Part shown: positions 1 to 10,297 of the stretch, piece after piece | Numbering within the stretch: position 1 is the first letter of the stretch | How the letters are laid out: every line of letters begins with the position of its first letter | Source of the DNA: Desulfuromonadales bacterium | GTDB lineage: Bacteria > Desulfobacterota > Desulfuromonadia > Desulfuromonadales > UBA2197 | Reading direction: 5' to 3' | DNA: 64,000 bases | Assembly (NCBI GenBank): GCA_014859605.1 | Contig: JACUTW010000002.1 | Coordinates: 17,711-81,710 of the forward strand | Made by a program: the position numbers and the translations under genes | The notes under the pieces: model-generated | What the model was told of the DNA's origin: nothing | Seen by the model: the letters and a program-made list of their open reading frames with translations, nothing else | The model's database searches: none

Positions 1-896
1 GGTGGTGGGACGACATGATCGGGCCGGGGAAAGTCCTCGACACCGACCGCTATTTCGTCATCTGCTCCAATGTCATCGGCTCCTGCAAAGGCTCGACCGG
101 GCCGACCAGCATCAATCCCCGCACCGGCAAACCCTACAACCTCACCTTCCCGGTGCTGATGGTGCGCGATATGGTGCGGGCGCAAAAACTCCTCCTCGAC
201 CGCCTCAATATTCCGACGCTGCGCTGTGTTATCGGCGGCAGCATGGGGGCAATGCAGGCGATCGAATGGGGGATTCATTATCCGCAGATGGTGCAGTCGA
301 TCGTGCCGATTGCCGGGACGGGACGAACTTCGCCGATGGCGATTGCCCTCAATGCCCTGGCGCGGCAGGCGATCTTCAACGATCCGATGTGGAAGAAGGG
401 GAACTATAAGCCCGAGCATCCGCCGGCGGATGGATTGGCGCTGGCGCGGGCCGTCGGCCATATCTCCTTTCTCTCCGATGTTTCGATGCGGATGAAGTTC
501 AACCGCAAATTCTCGGCGCGCGACGGCCTCTTCGATTTCTTTGGCCAGTACGAAGTTGAGCGCTATCTCGAATATAACGGCAAGAATTTCGTCGACCGTT
601 TCGACACCAACTCCTTCCTCTATCTCGCCAAAGCCCTCGATCTTTACGATGTTGCCTGGAACTTCGACAGCCGTGAAGAAGCCTTTTCCCAACTGACCTG
701 TCCGTCGCTGTGGTTCGCTTTTACCTCTGACTGGCTTTATGTCCCCGCCGACACTGAAGAGTGCGTCACCATTCTGCAAAGACTCGGCAAGAACGTCGAG
801 TATCACCTTGTCGATTCCGACTACGGCCATGACTCCTTCCTCGTTGAACCGGAGAAGTTCACCCACCATATCGTTGCTTTTCTCGATCGGCTGTAA
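1..896 (+). CDS. metX: homoserine O-acetyltransferase (5' end cut by window edge)
   Basis: Table ORF 15..896 stays open in frame back to base 3. [12 protein letters not shown] (GxSxG nucleophile elbow) and C-terminal [10 protein letters not shown] are typical of MetX-type alpha/beta-hydrolase acetyltransferases. Confidence 0.85.
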   Translation, partial: WWDDMIGPGKVLDTDRYFVICSNVIGSCKGSTGPTSINPRTGKPYNLTFPVLMVRDMVRAQKLLLDRLNIPTLRCVIGGSMGAMQAIEWGIHYPQMVQSIVPIAGTGRTSPMAIALNALARQAIFNDPMWKKGNYKPEHPPADGLALARAVGHISFLSDVSMRMKFNRKFSARDGLFDFFGQYEVERYLEYNGKNFVDRFDTNSFLYLAKALDLYDVAWNFDSREEAFSQLTCPSLWFAFTSDWLYVPADTEECVTILQRLGKNVEYHLVDSDYGHDSFLVEPEKFTHHIVAFLDRL

Positions 897-942
897 TCCT
901 GAAACCTATCAATATAGAATTAGATGTGCTGGAAAAGGTTGA

Positions 943-1134
943 TCAGGACGGCTCGTTTTCTTCACTGAAGAGTTCAAGCTGTTCATCGCGGCGGATCTGG
1001 ATCTTGAAGGGGAAGGGGCGGAAGCGGGGGCATTCAAGGAGGAGGACGGTGACCGGCTGACGACAGCGGCGCACACATTTGCTGCAGAGGGGGTTGGCAT
1101 CCTGACGGGAAAGGAGGGGCTCTGATCTGGCCAT
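943..1134 (-). CDS. hypothetical small Cys-containing protein (63 aa)
   Basis: ATG lies 33 nt downstream of the tatC stop on the same strand. GGAG sits about 10 nt upstream. Four Cys (CSKC..C..C). No family recognised. Confidence 0.25.
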   Translation of the reverse strand: MARSEPLLSRQDANPLCSKCVRRCRQPVTVLLLECPRFRPFPFKIQIRRDEQLELFSEENEPS

Positions 1135-1166
1135 GCCGGTACCGTCTCCGCTAGCAGTGAGGAAGG

Positions 1167-1946
1167 TTAAAGCGTTTCATCGTCATCGTCGTCGTCGTCG
1201 ACCGGGACTCTCTCGGTCATCTTCTTGCCGAAGCAGCGGGCGAGAATAATCCCGACTTCGTAAAGGAGGATAAAGGGGATGGCCAGGGCGGTCTGCGAGA
1301 AGACATCCGGCCCGGGGGTGGCGATCCCGGCGAAGATAAAAGCGATAATGATAAAGTATTTGCGCTTTCCCGATAGCCACTTGGCATCGACGACGCCCAT
1401 GCGGGCAAAGATGAGGATGACGATGGGGGTTTCAAAGATGGCGCCAAAAGCCAGCAACAGCTTCCAGGCAATGGAGAAGTATTCTCCCATCGAGATCATC
1501 GCCGTCACTTCGCCGCCGGCAAGTCCCATCGACAAAAGGACACTGAAGACCAGTGGAAAGATCCAGGTGAAGCCGAGGTAGGCGCCGCCCAGGAAAGAGC
1601 AGTAGGCCGAAGCCACAAAGGGGAGGGCAAAGCGTTTCTCTTTTTTATAGAGCCCCGGGGCGATGAAGCCCCAGATCTGCCACAGGATCACCGGTAAAGC
1701 AACGAGAACCGCGGCCACCGCGGCGATCTTCATGTAGGTAAATAACGGTTCCGTCGGGCTGAGAAAGACCATCTTGCTGCCGGCCGGCAGGACGGTGCGG
1801 AGCGGCTGGGAGATAAAGAGGTAAAGTGGTTCGGAAAAATAGTAGCAGACGACAAAGGCGACCAGCCAACTGCTGGCGGCAATGGTCAGGCGGCGGCGCA
1901 GCTCGAAGAGGTGGGCCATAAAGGGGATCTGCTGCTCAACGCTCAT
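1167..1946 (-). CDS. tatC: twin-arginine translocase subunit TatC
   Basis: 259 aa polytopic membrane protein. N-terminal MAHLFELRRRL motif and overall pattern are typical of TatC. 4-nt overlap with the upstream Tat gene. Confidence 0.9.
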   Translation of the reverse strand: MSVEQQIPFMAHLFELRRRLTIAASSWLVAFVVCYYFSEPLYLFISQPLRTVLPAGSKMVFLSPTEPLFTYMKIAAVAAVLVALPVILWQIWGFIAPGLYKKEKRFALPFVASAYCSFLGGAYLGFTWIFPLVFSVLLSMGLAGGEVTAMISMGEYFSIAWKLLLAFGAIFETPIVILIFARMGVVDAKWLSGKRKYFIIIAFIFAGIATPGPDVFSQTALAIPFILLYEVGIILARCFGKKMTERVPVDDDDDDDETL

Positions 1947-2311
1947 TTTTGCTGCTCCGCAGAATCCGGATTCTTAGGGTCGCTACTTTCGGTCTCCGGC
2001 CCGGTCGTTGCGGCGGTACCCTCGGTCTCCTCGACCTTGGCAGCGTTGGGAGGGGTGAGTTTTCCCGGCTCCTGTGTCCAGGGGGTTTTGTAGATCTCTT
2101 CGAGATTGCGCTTCCCCTCCCGCAAGTGCTCTTCCACGTTGAGGGCGCGCATATCTTTTTCGATACTATTCTTCACTTCATCAAAGGAACGGCGAAATTC
2201 GGCATAACCCTTGGCCAGGGAGCGGGCGAGATCGGGCAGTCGCTCCGGGCCGATAAAGATCAGGGCCAGCGCGAGGATTAAGAGGATTTCTCCAACACCG
2301 AGACCAAACAT
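1943..2311 (-). CDS. tatB: Sec-independent translocase TatA/TatB-family protein (TatB-like by length)
   Basis: Table ORF is 1943..2353. The internal ATG at 2311 gives MFGLGVGEILLILALALIFIGPERLP, the TatA/B N-terminal TM plus amphipathic helix. 122 aa. Overlaps the tatC start. Confidence 0.7.
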   Translation of the reverse strand: MFGLGVGEILLILALALIFIGPERLPDLARSLAKGYAEFRRSFDEVKNSIEKDMRALNVEEHLREGKRNLEEIYKTPWTQEPGKLTPPNAAKVEETEGTAATTGPETESSDPKNPDSAEQQK

Positions 2312-2459
2312 GTGTCTATGCGTCCTTTGTTGAGAAGAGGGAGTGCGGCGCAAGAATAGTCGGAAATCCCTGTAACTGTCAATGGCGGAGTGGCACCTTT
2401 ACGGCGACGAACTTCGGTGGAAGATGCTGCGAATTGGTCGGGTGAACGCGCGGCAAGAA

Positions 2460-2488
2460 TTGACTTGCCGGTGTTTTTGCCCTAACAT
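2460..2488 (+). promoter_or_regulatory. candidate sigma70 promoter for nadA
   Basis: TTGACT (2460-2465), 17-nt spacer, TAACAT (2483-2488), about 30 nt upstream of the nadA ATG. Confidence 0.35.
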
Positions 2489-2519
2489 GACGCACTTTTT
2501 CTTCGATGGGAATGGAACG

Positions 2520-3434
2520 ATGCGAGAGAGCGAACTGAAAGAAAAAATCCGCGCCCTGGCGGCCGAGCGCAATGCCCTGATCCTGGCGCACAACTATCAG
2601 CGCGATGAAATTCAGGAGATCGCCGATATCACCGGTGACTCCCTTGGTCTGTCACAGGAAGCGGCCCGGACCGAACGTCAGGTCATTGTCTTCTGCGGCG
2701 TCCACTTCATGGCCGAAAGCGCCGCCATCCTCGCCCCGCAAAAGCAGGTGATCATCCCGCGCGCCGATGCCGGCTGCCCGATGGCCGACATGGTCGATGC
2801 CGAAGGGATCAAGCAGATGCGCCGGCAACATCCCGGCGCCGTTGTTGTCACCTATGTCAATTCGAGCGCAGCGGTGAAGGCGGAGAGCGATATCTGCTGC
2901 ACCAGCGCCAACGCCGTACGGGTGGTCAACTCCCTGAGTGAGCCCGAGGTCATCCTTATCCCCGACCGCAACCTTGGTCGCTATATTGCCGAGCGGACCA
3001 GCAAGATCTGTCACGTCTGGGATGGCTACTGTCCGACCCACGAGCGCCTCGATGTCATCGAAGTTCTCAGCGCCAAGGCGGCGCATCCGGACGCGCTCTT
3101 TCTCGCCCACCCCGAATGCCCGCCGGCGATCCTCGCCCTCGCCGACCATATCTGTTCAACCAGCGGCATGTATGAATACGTGCAGGGCCGGAGCGAGAGG
3201 ACCTTCATCATCGGCACTGAGGCCGGTATCCTTTACCGTCTGCGCCGGGAGAATCCCGGGAAGACCTTCATCCTCGCCGGGCATCGCCTGATCTGTCCGA
3301 ATATGAAGCTGACTTCCCTCGAAGATCTTTATCAGTCGCTGTTGACCATGAGCCCGACCATCACAGTGGATGCCGATATTGCTGCCCGCGCCCGTATTGC
3401 CCTTGACCGCATGCTGGCTGTCCCTCGCGATTAG
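2520..3434 (+). CDS. nadA: quinolinate synthase NadA
   Basis: Table ORF is 2382..3434. ATG 2520 gives 304 aa starting [46 protein letters not shown] and AHPECP blocks are typical of NadA. Confidence 0.9.
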   Translation: MRESELKEKIRALAAERNALILAHNYQRDEIQEIADITGDSLGLSQEAARTERQVIVFCGVHFMAESAAILAPQKQVIIPRADAGCPMADMVDAEGIKQMRRQHPGAVVVTYVNSSAAVKAESDICCTSANAVRVVNSLSEPEVILIPDRNLGRYIAERTSKICHVWDGYCPTHERLDVIEVLSAKAAHPDALFLAHPECPPAILALADHICSTSGMYEYVQGRSERTFIIGTEAGILYRLRRENPGKTFILAGHRLICPNMKLTSLEDLYQSLLTMSPTITVDADIAARARIALDRMLAVPRD

Positions 3435-3573
3435 CCGTTGGCGGGAGGTCGTGTTGAGGAACGAAACGCGACAGTTCTCCCCGCGCCAAGGTCGCTTATG
3501 TTGCGTTTCGCGATAAGGCAGCTCAACAGCAACCTACAAATTTATAATTCCCGCTCCGGCAGATCTGTACCCC

Positions 3574-6500
3574 ATGACTGACAAAAGCACCGCCCCGCAC
3601 GAAATCGCTCACGCTACCGTCACGACGGTCAGCAACCAACTCTGCGCTGGTCTCAAATACGGGGAGGTCCTCGGCCTCACCGGCTCGGCTGGCGCCCATC
3701 TTGTCGCCGGTCTTCTCCATCGCGAATCCGCACCCCTGCTGATCATCGCTGCCGAAACCGCTGTTGCCGAACGCTTTGCCGCCGATCTCCTCTTCTACTG
3801 TGGTGACGAACGGCGTATTGCCCTCTTCCCTCCCTGGGATATCCGGCCCTACGACCCCCTCATTCCCCATCCCGAGACCGAAGCGACCCGCCTGGCCACC
3901 CTCGCCGGTCTCCTCGAAAATCGTGTCGATGCCGTAGTGACGACAGTGCGGGCCCTGGCGCAGCGGCTGATCCCTAAAGAGGTGCTGGCTTCCCTTTGTA
4001 CCCGGCTGATCGTCGAAGATGAATACGAGCGGGGGCCGCTCCTCGAAAAGCTCCTCGGTCTCGGCTATCAGCCGACGCCGCTGGTCGAAGATCGCGGCAC
4101 CTTCTCGGTGCGCGGCGATCTCCTCGATATCTTTCTGCCGACCCGCGAAGCGCCGGTGCGCATCGAATTTTTCGGTGATTATATCGAGCGGATGCGCCCC
4201 TTCGACCCGGCGACGCAGCGCTCCGGCGACGAGGAACTGCAGGAACTGGAACTGCTGCCGACCCGGGAGATGATCCTCGCCGGCCCCCATCTGGAGAGCT
4301 TTGCCCGCCGCATCAAGGAGCGTTGCGACCAGCTCGATCTGCCGCGCAGCATCCGTGAAGCCCTCCTCGAAGAGGTGCGGGAAGGGATCCTTGCTCCCGG
4401 CCACGCCTTCCTCCTCCCCTTCAACTATGACCGCCTCGACACTCTCTTCGATTATCTGCCCGCGGGGCGGACAATCGTTCTCGATCCGCCGTCGGTCGAG
4501 AGCGACCTCGATGCCTTCTGTGCCGAAGCCCGCGAAGGGGAGGCGCGCCTTGCCGCCAAGGGGGGAGAACCCTTTGCCCTCGCGTCGCAGCTCTTCCTGT
4601 CAGCCGCCGAGGTCGATGCTGCCCTGGTAAAACGTCCCCGCCTCGATCTCGCTTCACTCCAGGTTTACCGCATCGAGGAAAAGCGCCAGGTCTTTCGTAT
4701 CGAAGGGCAGGGGAACGGCGATCTCCGCGACGAGATGCGTGCCGAAGGGGCCGGGATGGCGGCCCTCGCCGTCCGCCTCAAGGAATGGCAGCGTGAGAAA
4801 TGGCGCGTCCTGCTCGTTTGCCACCAGCGCGGCCAGGCCGAGCGTCTCTGCGATCTCCTTGCCCCTTACGGCCGGCCGCCGGAGATCTTTCCGGAAGTCC
4901 GGCTCAAAGATCTCAAGGCCGGCGAGCTCTTTCTTTGCCTTGGTGACCTCTCCGCCGGTTTCCGCCTTGCCGATGAAAAGATTGCCGTCGTCACCGAAGA
5001 AGAGATCTTCGGCCAGCGCGCTCATCGCCGCGGTCTCGCTTCCGCCAAGGCCCGCGCCCTCCTCGATTCCCTGGCTGAGCTCAAAAGCGGCGATTATGTC
5101 GTCCATACTGATCACGGCATCGCTGTCTACCGTGGCCTCCTTCATCTTCAGGCCGGTGCGATCGAAGGGGATTTTCTCCATCTCGAATATTCCGGCGACG
5201 ACAAGCTCTATGTCCCGGTCGAGCGCATCGAGAAGGTACAGAAGTACGTCGGCGGCGAAGGGCATATCCCCCGTCTCGACAAGATGGGAGGGGGCGCCTG
5301 GGAGAAGGCGAAAGTCAAGGCGCGCGCGGCGGTCGAGGAGCTCGCCCGTGAACTCCTCAAGATCTATGCCCGCCGTGAGATGCACGGCGGTTTCACTTAT
5401 ACGCCGCCGGACCGGACTTTCCGTGAATTCGAAGCGACCTTCCCGCACGAAGAGACCGCCGATCAGCTCGCTGCCATCAATGATGTCCTTGCCGACATGC
5501 AATCGGGCAAGCCGATGGATCGCCTCATCTGCGGTGATGTCGGCTTCGGCAAGACCGAAGTAGCGATCCGTGCCGCTTTCAAGGCGGCGATGGACGGCCG
5601 CCAGGTGGCGGTGCTCGTCCCGACGACGATCCTCGCCAGCCAGCACTATGAAAGTTTTAAGGCGCGCTTCAAGGATTACCCGATCAATGTCGAGATGGTG
5701 TCGCGCTTTCGCTCCGCTGCCGAGCAGAAAGCAATCCTTGCCGCCACCGCCAGCGGCAAGATTGATGTCCTCATCGGCACCCACCGTCTGCTGCAGCGCG
5801 ACGTCCACTTCAAGGATCTCGGCATGGTCATCGTCGATGAAGAGCAGCGCTTCGGTGTCGTCCACAAAGAACGGCTGAAGAAGATGCGCGCCGAGGTCGA
5901 CCTCCTCACCCTCACCGCGACGCCGATCCCCCGCACCCTGCATATGAGCATGATGGGGCTGCGCGATCTTTCGGTCATCGATACCGCCCCGGTCGATCGC
6001 CTGACCATCCGTACTTATGTCACCAAATTCGACGAAGCAGTGATTCGTGAAGCGATCCTGCGCGAGCTGCGGCGTGGCGGCCAGGTCTTCTTTGTTCACA
6101 ATCGCGTGCAGAATATCGAGGCGATGGCGGAATTCCTGCGGGGTCTCGTCCCCGAAGCCAAGGTGGCGGTCGGTCACGGCCAGATGGCGGAGAAGGCGCT
6201 GGAAGGAGTCATGCTCGACTTCATGGCCGGGAGTAGCAATGTGCTGGTCTGCTCGACGATCATCGAGAACGGCCTCGACATCCCCCGCGCCAACACCATC
6301 ATTGTTAATCGCGCCGACTGTTTCGGCCTCGCCCAGCTTTACCAGCTGCGCGGCCGGGTCGGGCGCTCTGACCGCCGCGCCTACGCTTACCTCCTCATCC
6401 CCGGCGAAGGGGTCCTCACCCGCGAAGCGCGCGAACGCCTCCGCGTCCTGCAGGAGCTGACCGAACTCGGTGCCGGCTTCCGCATCGCCAGCCACGACCT

Positions 6501-7077
6501 CGAACTGCGCGGCGCCGGCGACCTGTTGGGTGCCAATCAGTCCGGACAGATCGCCGCCATCGGTTTCGAGATGTACGGTGAACTCCTCGAAGAGACCATC
6601 CTCGAACTCAAAGGCCAGGCGCACGCCGAGAAGATCGACCCCGAGATTCGTCTCGGCCTCTCCGCCTTCCTCCCCGAGAAGTACATTCCCGATCCGAATC
6701 AACGCCTCGTCCTTTACAAGCGGCTGGCGAGCGCCCCTGACACCGAGACCATCTACGCCATTGCCGACGAGCTGCGCGATCGCTACGGCGATCTCCCCGA
6801 AGCCGGCGAGCGCCTCCTGGCGATCATGAAGTTGCGGGTCCTCCTCAAAGAGCTGTGGATTGAAAGTGCTGAATACGACGGCCGTCGTCTCCTCTTTGCC
6901 TTTCACTCGGCGACGCCAGTCGCCCCGGAATCGATTCTCAAGCTGATTCAGGATAAAAGCGGACTGTATCAGTTCTCCCCCGATTACCGGCTGACGATCA
7001 AAAGCGGTAAACTCGAAGGCGAAGAGCTGCTGCAGCGGATAAAAAAGGAATTGCACGGGCTTCGCTGCGCGTGTTAG
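3574..7077 (+). CDS. mfd: transcription-repair coupling factor Mfd
   Basis: 1167 aa. CarD/TRCF RNAP-interaction region (GDYVVHTDHGIAVY). SF2 helicase motifs GDVGFGKTEVA, DEEQRFG, TATPIPRT, QLRGRVGR. C-terminal TRCF domain. Confidence 0.95.
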   Translation: MTDKSTAPHEIAHATVTTVSNQLCAGLKYGEVLGLTGSAGAHLVAGLLHRESAPLLIIAAETAVAERFAADLLFYCGDERRIALFPPWDIRPYDPLIPHPETEATRLATLAGLLENRVDAVVTTVRALAQRLIPKEVLASLCTRLIVEDEYERGPLLEKLLGLGYQPTPLVEDRGTFSVRGDLLDIFLPTREAPVRIEFFGDYIERMRPFDPATQRSGDEELQELELLPTREMILAGPHLESFARRIKERCDQLDLPRSIREALLEEVREGILAPGHAFLLPFNYDRLDTLFDYLPAGRTIVLDPPSVESDLDAFCAEAREGEARLAAKGGEPFALASQLFLSAAEVDAALVKRPRLDLASLQVYRIEEKRQVFRIEGQGNGDLRDEMRAEGAGMAALAVRLKEWQREKWRVLLVCHQRGQAERLCDLLAPYGRPPEIFPEVRLKDLKAGELFLCLGDLSAGFRLADEKIAVVTEEEIFGQRAHRRGLASAKARALLDSLAELKSGDYVVHTDHGIAVYRGLLHLQAGAIEGDFLHLEYSGDDKLYVPVERIEKVQKYVGGEGHIPRLDKMGGGAWEKAKVKARAAVEELARELLKIYARREMHGGFTYTPPDRTFREFEATFPHEETADQLAAINDVLADMQSGKPMDRLICGDVGFGKTEVAIRAAFKAAMDGRQVAVLVPTTILASQHYESFKARFKDYPINVEMVSRFRSAAEQKAILAATASGKIDVLIGTHRLLQRDVHFKDLGMVIVDEEQRFGVVHKERLKKMRAEVDLLTLTATPIPRTLHMSMMGLRDLSVIDTAPVDRLTIRTYVTKFDEAVIREAILRELRRGGQVFFVHNRVQNIEAMAEFLRGLVPEAKVAVGHGQMAEKALEGVMLDFMAGSSNVLVCSTIIENGLDIPRANTIIVNRADCFGLAQLYQLRGRVGRSDRRAYAYLLIPGEGVLTREARERLRVLQELTELGAGFRIASHDLELRGAGDLLGANQSGQIAAIGFEMYGELLEETILELKGQAHAEKIDPEIRLGLSAFLPEKYIPDPNQRLVLYKRLASAPDTETIYAIADELRDRYGDLPEAGERLLAIMKLRVLLKELWIESAEYDGRRLLFAFHSATPVAPESILKLIQDKSGLYQFSPDYRLTIKSGKLEGEELLQRIKKELHGLRCAC

Positions 7078-7132
7078 TTATGCCAATTAAATCATTACTC
7101 TCTTTCTCCCTGGAAAGGACGCCTTCTTTCCC

Positions 7133-8071
7133 ATGACCTGCCGTAAAGTTCTCAGTCTTGCCTGTCTTCTCCTCCTTCTCGGCTCGGTCGCCGCCTGTAA
7201 GGAGAAAGCCGCTCCTCCGGCCGACATCCTGATTAAAGTCGACAATCGTACGGTCACCTTGCAGGATTTTCGCCGCGACTTCGAGCAGATCCTCCCCAAG
7301 GAGCAGCAAAGCAGCGCCGCCGAACGGCAGGAGTTGCAGCGCTCTTTCCTTGCCCAGGTTATCGACCGTGAACTTGCTATCGCGACCGCCGATAAACTCG
7401 GTGTTGTCGTCTCCCCCGCCGAAGTCGATGCCGCTCTGGCAGAACACCAGCGCGATTACCCTGCAGGGGAGTTTGAAGCGAATCTGCAGGAAGGACAATT
7501 AACCCTCGACGAATGGAAACGCGAGCTCTGGGAACGCTTACTGGTCGAGAAACTGGTCAAAAAAGCGGTCGGCGATAAGGAGAAGGTCAGCGACGCTGCC
7601 GTCGCGGCTTATTATCGCGCCAATCGTGATGAATTTGACCGCCCGGCGCAGGTGCGGGCGCGGCAAATCGTCGTTGCCAGCGAAGCTGAGGGTGAAAAAA
7701 TCCTCGCCCTTTTGAACGTGAAGACCCCTTTTGCCGAGGTGGCCAAAGAGTATTCGCTCTCCCCGGATGCAGAAGAGGGGGGTGATCTCGGTTTCTTTGC
7801 TCGCGGTGAGATGCCGGCGGAGTTTGATGCCGTCGTCTTTAATCTGCCGATCGGTCGGCTCAGTCCCTTGATCAAGAGCGAGTACGGCTACCATATCTTC
7901 CTTGTCGAAGAACGCCGCGACGCCGGAAAACTCTCCCTTGCCCAGGCGCATGAAGAGATCCGCGCCCGTCTGCAGTCCGAACTCGAAGAGCGTCTTTATA
8001 GCCAGTGGCTCGATGGATTGCGCGCCAAAGCGAAGATCGAGGTCAACTGGGCGCTCCTGGACAAACGATGA
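7133..8071 (+). CDS. PpiC/parvulin-type peptidyl-prolyl isomerase lipoprotein (PrsA/SurA-like)
   Basis: Lipoprotein signal ...LLLLGSVAAC. Parvulin block VRARQIVVASEAEGEKIL...GGDLGFF...SEYGYHIFLVEE. Confidence 0.8.
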   Translation: MTCRKVLSLACLLLLLGSVAACKEKAAPPADILIKVDNRTVTLQDFRRDFEQILPKEQQSSAAERQELQRSFLAQVIDRELAIATADKLGVVVSPAEVDAALAEHQRDYPAGEFEANLQEGQLTLDEWKRELWERLLVEKLVKKAVGDKEKVSDAAVAAYYRANRDEFDRPAQVRARQIVVASEAEGEKILALLNVKTPFAEVAKEYSLSPDAEEGGDLGFFARGEMPAEFDAVVFNLPIGRLSPLIKSEYGYHIFLVEERRDAGKLSLAQAHEEIRARLQSELEERLYSQWLDGLRAKAKIEVNWALLDKR

Positions 8072-9006
8072 CCCTCCCCCTGATAAGGCCTTTGACGATG
8101 CGTAAAGAATGGTTCTTGTTTCTCCTTTGTCTCCTCCTTCCCTTGAATGCTCCCGCCCTCGAATTAAATCGGGTCGTTGCGGTGATCAATAACGATGCCG
8201 TCACCAGCCTCCAGCTTGACAAAGCTCTGGCCGGGGCCGCGCCGGCGACGCCAGCGATCGATGAGCGCCGCCAGGTGCTGGAGCGTTTGATCGAAGAGAG
8301 TTTGATGCGGCAACGCGCCGAAGAGATCGGTCTGACCGTCAGTGATGAGGAAGTCGAAGCGGCGGTGCAGGATGTCCTCCGCCAAAACCGCCTCACAAAA
8401 GAACAGCTCGATGTCGCCCTGACCCAGCAAGGGATCTCTCCGGACGATTACCGGCAGGGTCTGCGCCGTCAGATTCTCCGCTTCAAGTTGGTCGGTCGCG
8501 AAGTGCAGAGCTTGATCGAGGTCTCGAATCGCGAGATCCAGGATTATTATGCCGCCAATAGTGCGGCTTATCACGAAGCGCCGCGCATCACCCTGCAGCA
8601 CATCAGCTTCCCCCTCACCGGACAGGACGCCAAAGTGCAGGAAGAACGGGCTAACGCTGCCCGCGCCGCCCTGCGCGCCGGGAGCGATTTTGCCAGCGTC
8701 CTTGCCGCGGCGATGCAGGACGGGGCGGATGGCGGTGATATGGGCGAACTTTATCTCGAAGATCTCACCCCGGCTTTTGCCAGCGCGGTCAGGGATCTGC
8801 CGGTCGGGGCGAGCAGTGAGCTGATTGCCACCGAACAGGCTCTGCATCTCCTGATCGTCACGCAGCGCACCCCTGGTCAGGTTCGCAGTCTCGACGCGGT
8901 GCGCGAAGCGATTCGCAACCAGCTTGCCGAACAGAAGCGCGCCACCGCCGCCAAAGATTGGCTGGAGGGCTTGAAAAAGCGCGCCCACATCGAGGTGCGA
9001 TTGTAA
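8068..9006 (+). CDS. SurA-like periplasmic chaperone / PPIase-family protein
   Basis: Start chosen at ATG 8068, which overlaps the upstream stop (ATGA). Signal peptide. SurA_N-like LNRVVAVINNDAVTSLQLD. Degenerate parvulin-like C-terminus. Confidence 0.65.
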   Translation: MTLPLIRPLTMRKEWFLFLLCLLLPLNAPALELNRVVAVINNDAVTSLQLDKALAGAAPATPAIDERRQVLERLIEESLMRQRAEEIGLTVSDEEVEAAVQDVLRQNRLTKEQLDVALTQQGISPDDYRQGLRRQILRFKLVGREVQSLIEVSNREIQDYYAANSAAYHEAPRITLQHISFPLTGQDAKVQEERANAARAALRAGSDFASVLAAAMQDGADGGDMGELYLEDLTPAFASAVRDLPVGASSELIATEQALHLLIVTQRTPGQVRSLDAVREAIRNQLAEQKRATAAKDWLEGLKKRAHIEVRL

Positions 9007-9040
9007 CCTTCATTTGCTATGCGCACTTTGCAAAAAGTTT

Positions 9041-9123
9041 GTCATCCCCGAATGCTTCTATCGGCGATCCAGTATTTTCGACTGAAGAACTGGATTCCCG
9101 ATTAAAATCGCTTCGGGAATGAC
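9041..9123. repeat. 83-bp imperfect palindrome made of two REP/MITE-like hairpins
   Basis: The termini GTCATCCCCGAA...(9041) and ...TTCGGGAATGAC (9123) are inverted repeats. Each half is itself a stem-loop (ATCCCCGA/TCGGCGAT and ATTCCCGA/TCGGGAAT). Confidence 0.6.
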
Positions 9124-9162
9124 AGTGTTAGACTAACAGTCCTTCCCCCTCCCGGAGTATTC

Positions 9163-10281
9163 ATGTCCTTCCCGATATTAACCAGCAGCGCCGAGATCGC
9201 CGCCTTTGCTGCCGACTTACAACGCGAACCGGTCATTGCCGTCGATCTCGAAGCCGATTCGATGCACTCTTACCAGGAGAAGGTCTGTCTCCTGCAATTT
9301 ACGACGCCGCACACAACCCTCCTCATCGACCCCCTGGCCGGCGGTAATCTGTCCCCCTTGGGGCCGGTCCTTGCCAACCCGGCGATCCGCAAGATCTTTC
9401 ATGCCGCTGACTACGATACCCGCTGCCTGCACCGCGATTACGGCTTTACCATCCGTGGCCTCTTCGACACCATGGTCTCCTGCCAGTTCCTCGGCGAAGA
9501 GAAGTTCGGGCTCGCTGATGTTCTCGGCAAATATTACGGTGTCACCCTCGACAAACAGTATCAGCGTGCCGACTGGTCGCAGCGTCCCTTGTCGCCGGAG
9601 ATGATCGCCTATGCTGCCGCCGATACCACCCATCTCCTTCCCCTTGCTGTCCAACTTGAAGAGCGCTTGCGCGAACTCGGCCGTCTCGATTGGGTAACGG
9701 AGGAGTTTGAACTCCTCGAACAGGGACAGTTTACCCAGCATGTCGGCCCCCTCTTCCTCCGCTTCAAAGGGGCGGCGGCCCTCGATCGCCGTCAGTTGGC
9801 GATTCTCGAAGCCTTGCTGCATTGGCGTAATCGCGAAGCAGAGCGCCGTGACAAACCCCCCTTTAAAGTTCTTGGCAATGACTTCCTTCTCCTCCTGGTG
9901 CGGAACGCCCCCATCGATCTTGCCGCGGTCAGTGCCATTGTCGGCCTGCCGGGTTGGGTGGCCGAACGTTTCGGCAAGAGCGTATTGCCGGTGATTGCCA
10001 CCGCTTTGGCGCTCCCCGAAGCCGAGTTGCCGCGCTTCCCCCGCACTGAGCGGCGCGAGCGCGATCCTGCGGTCGATCAACGCCTTGCTGTTCTCAAACT
10101 CTGGCGCACCACTATCGCCAAAGAACTGGCGCTGGAGCCGGGGATTCTGATCAATAACGGTCTCCTCGAAGAGATCGCCCGCAAGCCGCCGCGCAACCTC
10201 GCCGAACTGGAGCAGATCAACATGAAGCGCTGGCAGCGGCGTGTTCTTGGTGCCGGTATCGTCGCAGCCCTGAAGAGTTGA
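9163..10281 (+). CDS. rnd: ribonuclease D (DEDD 3'-5' exonuclease + HRDC)
   Basis: VIAVDLEADSMHSY and KIFHAADYD exonuclease motifs. HRDC-like LAILEALLHWRNREAERRDKPPFKVL. 372 aa. Confidence 0.85.
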   Translation: MSFPILTSSAEIAAFAADLQREPVIAVDLEADSMHSYQEKVCLLQFTTPHTTLLIDPLAGGNLSPLGPVLANPAIRKIFHAADYDTRCLHRDYGFTIRGLFDTMVSCQFLGEEKFGLADVLGKYYGVTLDKQYQRADWSQRPLSPEMIAYAAADTTHLLPLAVQLEERLRELGRLDWVTEEFELLEQGQFTQHVGPLFLRFKGAAALDRRQLAILEALLHWRNREAERRDKPPFKVLGNDFLLLLVRNAPIDLAAVSAIVGLPGWVAERFGKSVLPVIATALALPEAELPRFPRTERRERDPAVDQRLAVLKLWRTTIAKELALEPGILINNGLLEEIARKPPRNLAELEQINMKRWQRRVLGAGIVAALKS

Positions 10282-10297
10282 TTGGAGGAGAATCCCC

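Noticed and set aside
2-495. Alternative-frame ORFs 2..409 and 226..495 at the left edge.
   Set aside because: They overlap the metX frame, which carries the family motifs. Both are Arg/Pro-rich high-GC artefacts.
4654-7056. 800-aa minus-strand ORF, plus 3523..4404, antisense to mfd.
   Set aside because: Typical high-GC antisense open frame. The + strand encodes an unmistakable full-length Mfd with helicase motifs, and the antisense product has no recognisable motif.
10282-10297. Cobalamin riboswitch upstream of cbiX.
   Set aside because: Only 16 nt separate rnd and cbiX, so there is no room for a roughly 200-nt riboswitch.
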